A stretch of 64,000 nt of DNA from Antedon mediterranea (Eukaryota; Animalia; Echinodermata): NCBI RefSeq assembly GCF_964355755.1, contig NC_092676.1:935788-999787 (forward strand). Reading direction: 5' to 3'. The first letter of the stretch is position 1, and every line of letters starts with the position of its first letter. The position numbers and the translations under genes are program-made. Of the stretch, positions 59,901 through 64,000 are shown in pieces. Below the pieces are notes generated by a model, which saw only the letters and a program-made list of their open reading frames with translations, made no database searches and had not been told where the DNA came from.

Positions 59901-62566
59901 CTCATTTCATATAATATATAATACATTTCCGTTTCCTCAGTAGTTTTACTTTTTTTTCTATTAACACATGTTATTTTAAATAAATCCATCCTACTTAACA
60001 TCTAATATTCAATTAACAATGTTTGTTTTTTTCTTCTGATTAGAACAATCAGTTGTATTCATTTCATAATCTATTCTTATATAATTTCTACTAGTACTGA
60101 TTTCTTTTTTGTATACATATAATCTATTCTAACCCTTTCCCATTCTCTTAGCATTTTTTTTTCATTTTTTTTAGATATTTACAATCATAGTATACTATTA
60201 CCGTTGCATTTGTTTCGATCAAACATATATATACTTAATTAACAATGCATATTCTCTCTTTTAACTGTAAATTACTACTTACTAGCTATTTAAACTAACA
60301 AAATATTAACATTGCTTTTTATTTTAAATAAATTCACTTTTCAACAGAGTTTCTTTTGCCTTATTGTTACATAAAATTTACTTGAAACATAGCGAATGTT
60401 GCATGAAATAGTTAGTGAGTCCAAGATATAGGATAAAAACCATAAAATATTTAACTACATAAAATGTCGTATATTATGTTCCCAATCTTAGTACAAATAT
60501 TGCACATTCCTTGTGATTAGTTCATTATGAAAGACATTAATGAGATTGTTTTTATGGTTACTGTGTTTAAATTTACATATTGAGAATTTAGCAATAAAAA
60601 TAATTTTATTTATATATTTACAATTCATTCTTTGTGCGTAAAATCCAAACATAACATGTTCTAACTCTATATTTATCATTATATTTCGTCTCAGTTCATC
60701 CCATAAACAGGAGACTCTGGGACACAGATATAAATAATGTTCTATATTATCTATCAGTGTGCATTACAGAAGTTACAATATTCCCATTTTTTTTCAGTAA
60801 AATGTTTGTTGGGTAACAATTATTCAGGATTTTCCATTTTGTGGAGAATACTCTAGGGTATTGGGAGACTATGCATAGATTGTTCCAAATATCATCCCAA
60901 TTAAATTCATAAAATTTGAAACGATGTTGCCAGTACACTTGACTGCTTGGTGGTTTGAAATATTTATGTATAAGTTCATACCTTATTAATAGATTTGTTA
61001 GTGACTCTATTGTTACACATTGATTCTTTGTGTAAAATCCAGGGGAATTTAGTGCTTGGTCACAATTTTTGTTATAGTTACCATAAATCCACTCTTTTGG
61101 AATTGCCTTAAAAAGCATAAAGTATTCTATGGTGAAGGATTCTTTTCTTTGCACCACTTCTTTAAGTTGTGAAAAAGACTTTAATGTTGCATCTTTATTA
61201 AAAAGATCTTTGATATAAACGATCCCGTTTTCTATCCATTTTTTAAATTTGCCTATTTTCAAATGTAATGCAAGAATTGTACCAAATAATCTCGTTTGCT
61301 GGCATACCAACTTCAATTGTATTCTTGAGAGTTTTAAGTTCATACCAACATAACAAACACTTAACATAAAATTCTTTCCTTTGCATCTGTAAAGTTGTAT
61401 AAAGAATACAATTCGATAAAGATAATATCTTATATGTTAAGCATATAAATAGCCATATGTGTATAGTTTATAAATTCTCCGAGTGTAGGCCTACTACTAT
61501 TTTTATAATAATGGATGAAAGATGATAAAGATGAAATCCACCTGATATATTATAATTCATATACTAATTTGGTTACAGGATACAGACTACGACCGTACAA
61601 TTGGTATTGATACATGTTATGTACAAGGAACTGATTTTACCATAGAAATAGCAGACAGAGATTTCTTATTTGAGGTTTGATTACGATTTAATATCAAGGA
61701 GCTTTTATTTGCAACGACTACCTATGACCTTACTATATGACCTATGACCTTAATACCTGAACCTAGAACCGCAAAAACTAGTTACAACTTTTGAATTGGT
61801 GGAGGATGCACTTTCCATTGTCCTCGCATGCGCAGCATGACGTAACTAGTTCCTAGGTCTTCGTCGCAAATCCGAGCTTCCTTTATCTAGATGAAAGACA
61901 CCGTTTCTTAAATTAAATATCTTTGCCATTTAAATTTTCCAGGTATAAACTATTAAGCCTTTTATTAAGTTAAATCGTTATCTTTCATCATGTGCAAACT
62001 AATATTGTCCCCGTGACCGAACATATACAGGAGTCTGACTTTTTCTAAGATAAAAACTATGCAATGTTATGAATAAATTCTACGTTGATATCTTGTTAGC
62101 AGGAATAGTATACATTATTATTGTTTAAGGAAATACATTTAAAAATATTATATTATTACTCAACTGAGATGGTATAGGAAGTATTAGCAAAACGATTGAC
62201 AATAATTAAAATCGTAACAGGGAAAGAAATAACTAAATTAGTAACGTTCATCCGTAACATATCCTAATTTGGCATAAAATACAACAATTAAAATATACTA
62301 AAATATGAAATAATGAGAACGGTTAGCAAGACAAGCATTAATAAAAAGTACGTCGACCTAGTGAAACCTTACAAATATTTCTAAATTATCTTTTACAGCA
62401 AGGTTACCGTGCAACCATCGGCTACCTTATTGAGTACATTACGATGCAGAACTTGCAGAAACGAAGAAAAAGAGTCGGCAAAAGACAAACAGAAAAAAGA
62501 AAATCGCACATAGTATTCACTGATGTAAAGGAGTACAGCAATGAGTTGGCCACATTAGAGGAATGA
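53902..62566 (+). CDS. Patatin-like phospholipase with an internal EF-hand pair, 553 aa
   Basis: Exons 53902-54144, 55433-55589, 56008-56144, 56545-56680, 57523-57618, 57853-57983, 58337-58428, 58762-58906, 59203-59304, 59573-59731, 61579-61674, 62399-62566 join in frame. Oxyanion NLVFAGGGNR, nucleophile GTSLG, ALRMSMSLP, catalytic FVDGGLLCNYP; EF loops DMDASGYLNFKE and DTNGNGKIAAYD. Confidence 0.88.
54973..55332. mobile_element. Two adjacent MITE family B copies (54973-55151 and about 55155-55332)
   Basis: TIR-bounded units joined through TAA. Confidence 0.75.
56750..57075 (+). mobile_element. 3' fragment of a CR1-type LINE
   Basis: Translation SRLNIRRDTFSRRVILLWNALPADVVSCATVNLFKAKLNVAW matches the typical CR1 ORF2 C-terminus; short tandem tail aaacaagt repeats. 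Confidence 0.75.
57083..57483. mobile_element. MITE family B-like element with a nested family A MITE (57206-57367)
   Basis: Outer agcttggttctca ... tgggaactagct; inner family A TIRs. Confidence 0.65.
58469..58634. mobile_element. Unclassified MITE (TIR AGGAAGCTTTCGATTTGCG.CGAC)
   Basis: Inverted termini; related copy at about 61697-61883. Confidence 0.6.
60300..61420 (-). mobile_element. Degenerate L1/Tx1-type LINE ORF2 C-terminal fragment
   Basis: ORF 60747-61367 (WIENGIVYIKDLF..FNWDDIW..KWKILNNCYPTNILL) followed after a frameshift by DNIEHYLYLCPRVSCLW (zinc-finger region); boundaries approximate. Confidence 0.75.
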
Positions 62567-62602
62567 TGGTTGGATAAGTCAGTGTGTATATTCCACTTGT
62601 GG

Positions 62603-62900
62603 GGTTGAGGAGTATGGGCGGCCATTAGGGTTGAGGAGTATGGGCGGCCATTAGGGTTGAGGAGGAGGGGTGTTTCAAAAGTATAGTAATAGAATGTTGG
62701 GCGGGGTGGGGGGAGGGGGCAGATTTAATGTTGTACCATGTTTGTAGGGTATACATTCATCTGTCTTATGTCTTTATACATTTAATGTTGTACCATGTTT
62801 GTAGGGTATACATTCATCTGTCTTATGTCTTTATACATTTAATGTTGTACCATGTTTGTAGGGTATACATTCATCTGTCTTATGTCTTTATACATTTAAT
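62603..62900. repeat. Two short tandem repeats in the patatin 3' region (26-bp x about 2.4; 57-bp x 3)
   Basis: gggttgaggagtatgggcggccatta and tttaatgttgtaccatgtttgtagggtatacattcatctgtcttatgtctttataca units. Confidence 0.9.
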
Positions 62901-63893
62901 TGTGTGGCATATTAAACATACTGCAACTCAAACGTTTACTTTCCTGAGTTTCACACAATTTTTGTATTATAGCTATTCACACTCCGACGTTTGTCCGAAC
63001 ATTCAGTGGCCAAAATGTTAGAATAGTTGTACAATAGAAAACGGGGTTTGGTCAAGTTTAGGGAATACCTCTATTAAGGGGATACTTTCCTATGAAACGA
63101 CCGAACGATTAAACCCTATTAAGGGACCCCTTTAAATGTACACTTTGTTGAGTCCCTAAGCAGGTGTTACTGTATTTTTAAAGGTACATATATCTTTTAT
63201 GTTTATCAGTAATAATATTTGTCTATATGCACTTTCCAGAAATTTACGAACAGGAGAGTTAAGACAATTACAATTGAGTGTGACGATTACTGTGTAAGAG
63301 ATGCAGTAGTCGTAACCGTTACCGCGTCAGATTACGCTCTCGTCGTCACTGTTTGGTGAACTCCTTTAAAAAACTCAAAATAGCCACTTTACCGAAGTTA
63401 ATTTATATTACAATAACGTTTACTTATAATAATTGGTGACTGGTATAATATAATTAAACATTAAGAAGGTTGTGATATGAAGCCAAATTAAAGTTAATCA
63501 TATGTAATGAGGCATTTGATTGTATAACCATTTGAACTGTATAAATATATCAAACCAAGTGAAATAGTTTTGTCTACTTATTATTCATGCAACCAGACCA
63601 ATTACAGTCAGCAGGTGTGTGTACACGTCACGACTTAATACTCATGTTAATACGTTTATTTTAACACAATTCTTTGCCGCTTGTAAACACTGTACTCATT
63701 CAAAATGGGAAATGCAACTGCAAAACAGTTAAAGAAACAGAGGAATAGGCGCAGTGTAAACTTGTCAAAAGGGTCCTAAGATGGATTAGACGATGTAGCA
63801 GCATTATGTAAACGGCGTGGAATCAGAGAACCAACAAAGTTTAGCGTTAGTGCAGACTTACAGGCTAAAGTTAGGATATTGGCACAGTACGAA

Positions 63894-64000
63894 CAGGCCC
63901 GTAGCCAGGGGGGGTTTTTTGGGGTTCGGGCGAACCCCCCATTTTGCGCGAACCCCCCTTGAAAAACAAATGCCCCACTTCCAAAATCGTGCAATTAATT
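63894..64000. mobile_element. Start of a probable hAT-like MITE, truncated by the window edge
   Basis: caggcccgtagccagggggg followed by GC-rich cgaacccccc repeats; second terminus not visible. Confidence 0.4.

Noticed and set aside
62728-63021. 97-aa repetitive ORF
   Set aside because: Product of a 57-bp tandem repeat in the patatin 3' region

Overview
AT-rich, intron-rich animal genomic DNA; a marine invertebrate is my inference from gene content, and the sequence alone does not identify the species. Splice sites were traced by hand. (1) An unannotated 79-aa gene (+, 1163-7505) built from phase-0 microexons (24, 24 and 12 nt) that encode xEPE repeats between a signal peptide and a GPI-type hydrophobic tail, i.e. 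a CD24/CD52-like architecture. The ORF track shows only its first coding exon. (2) QRSL1/GatA (-, 11 coding exons, 527 aa) is head-to-head with (3) CDC5L (+, 17 coding exons, 810 aa). (4) The 22.7-kb intron 9 of CDC5L holds an antisense tandem array of four single-coding-exon RING/B-box/coiled-coil/filamin/NHL TRIM genes. They are mosaics of one another, and one is cleanly split by a tandem rolling-circle element. (5) A putatively myristoylated patatin-type phospholipase with an internal EF-hand pair (+, 12 coding exons, 553 aa). Introns carry Helitron/Helentron-like elements, several PIF/Harbinger-type MITE families, a P-like element, a solo LTR nested in a MITE, tRNA-derived SINEs, LINE fragments and minisatellites. 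No CRISPR array, rRNA or intact tRNA was found.
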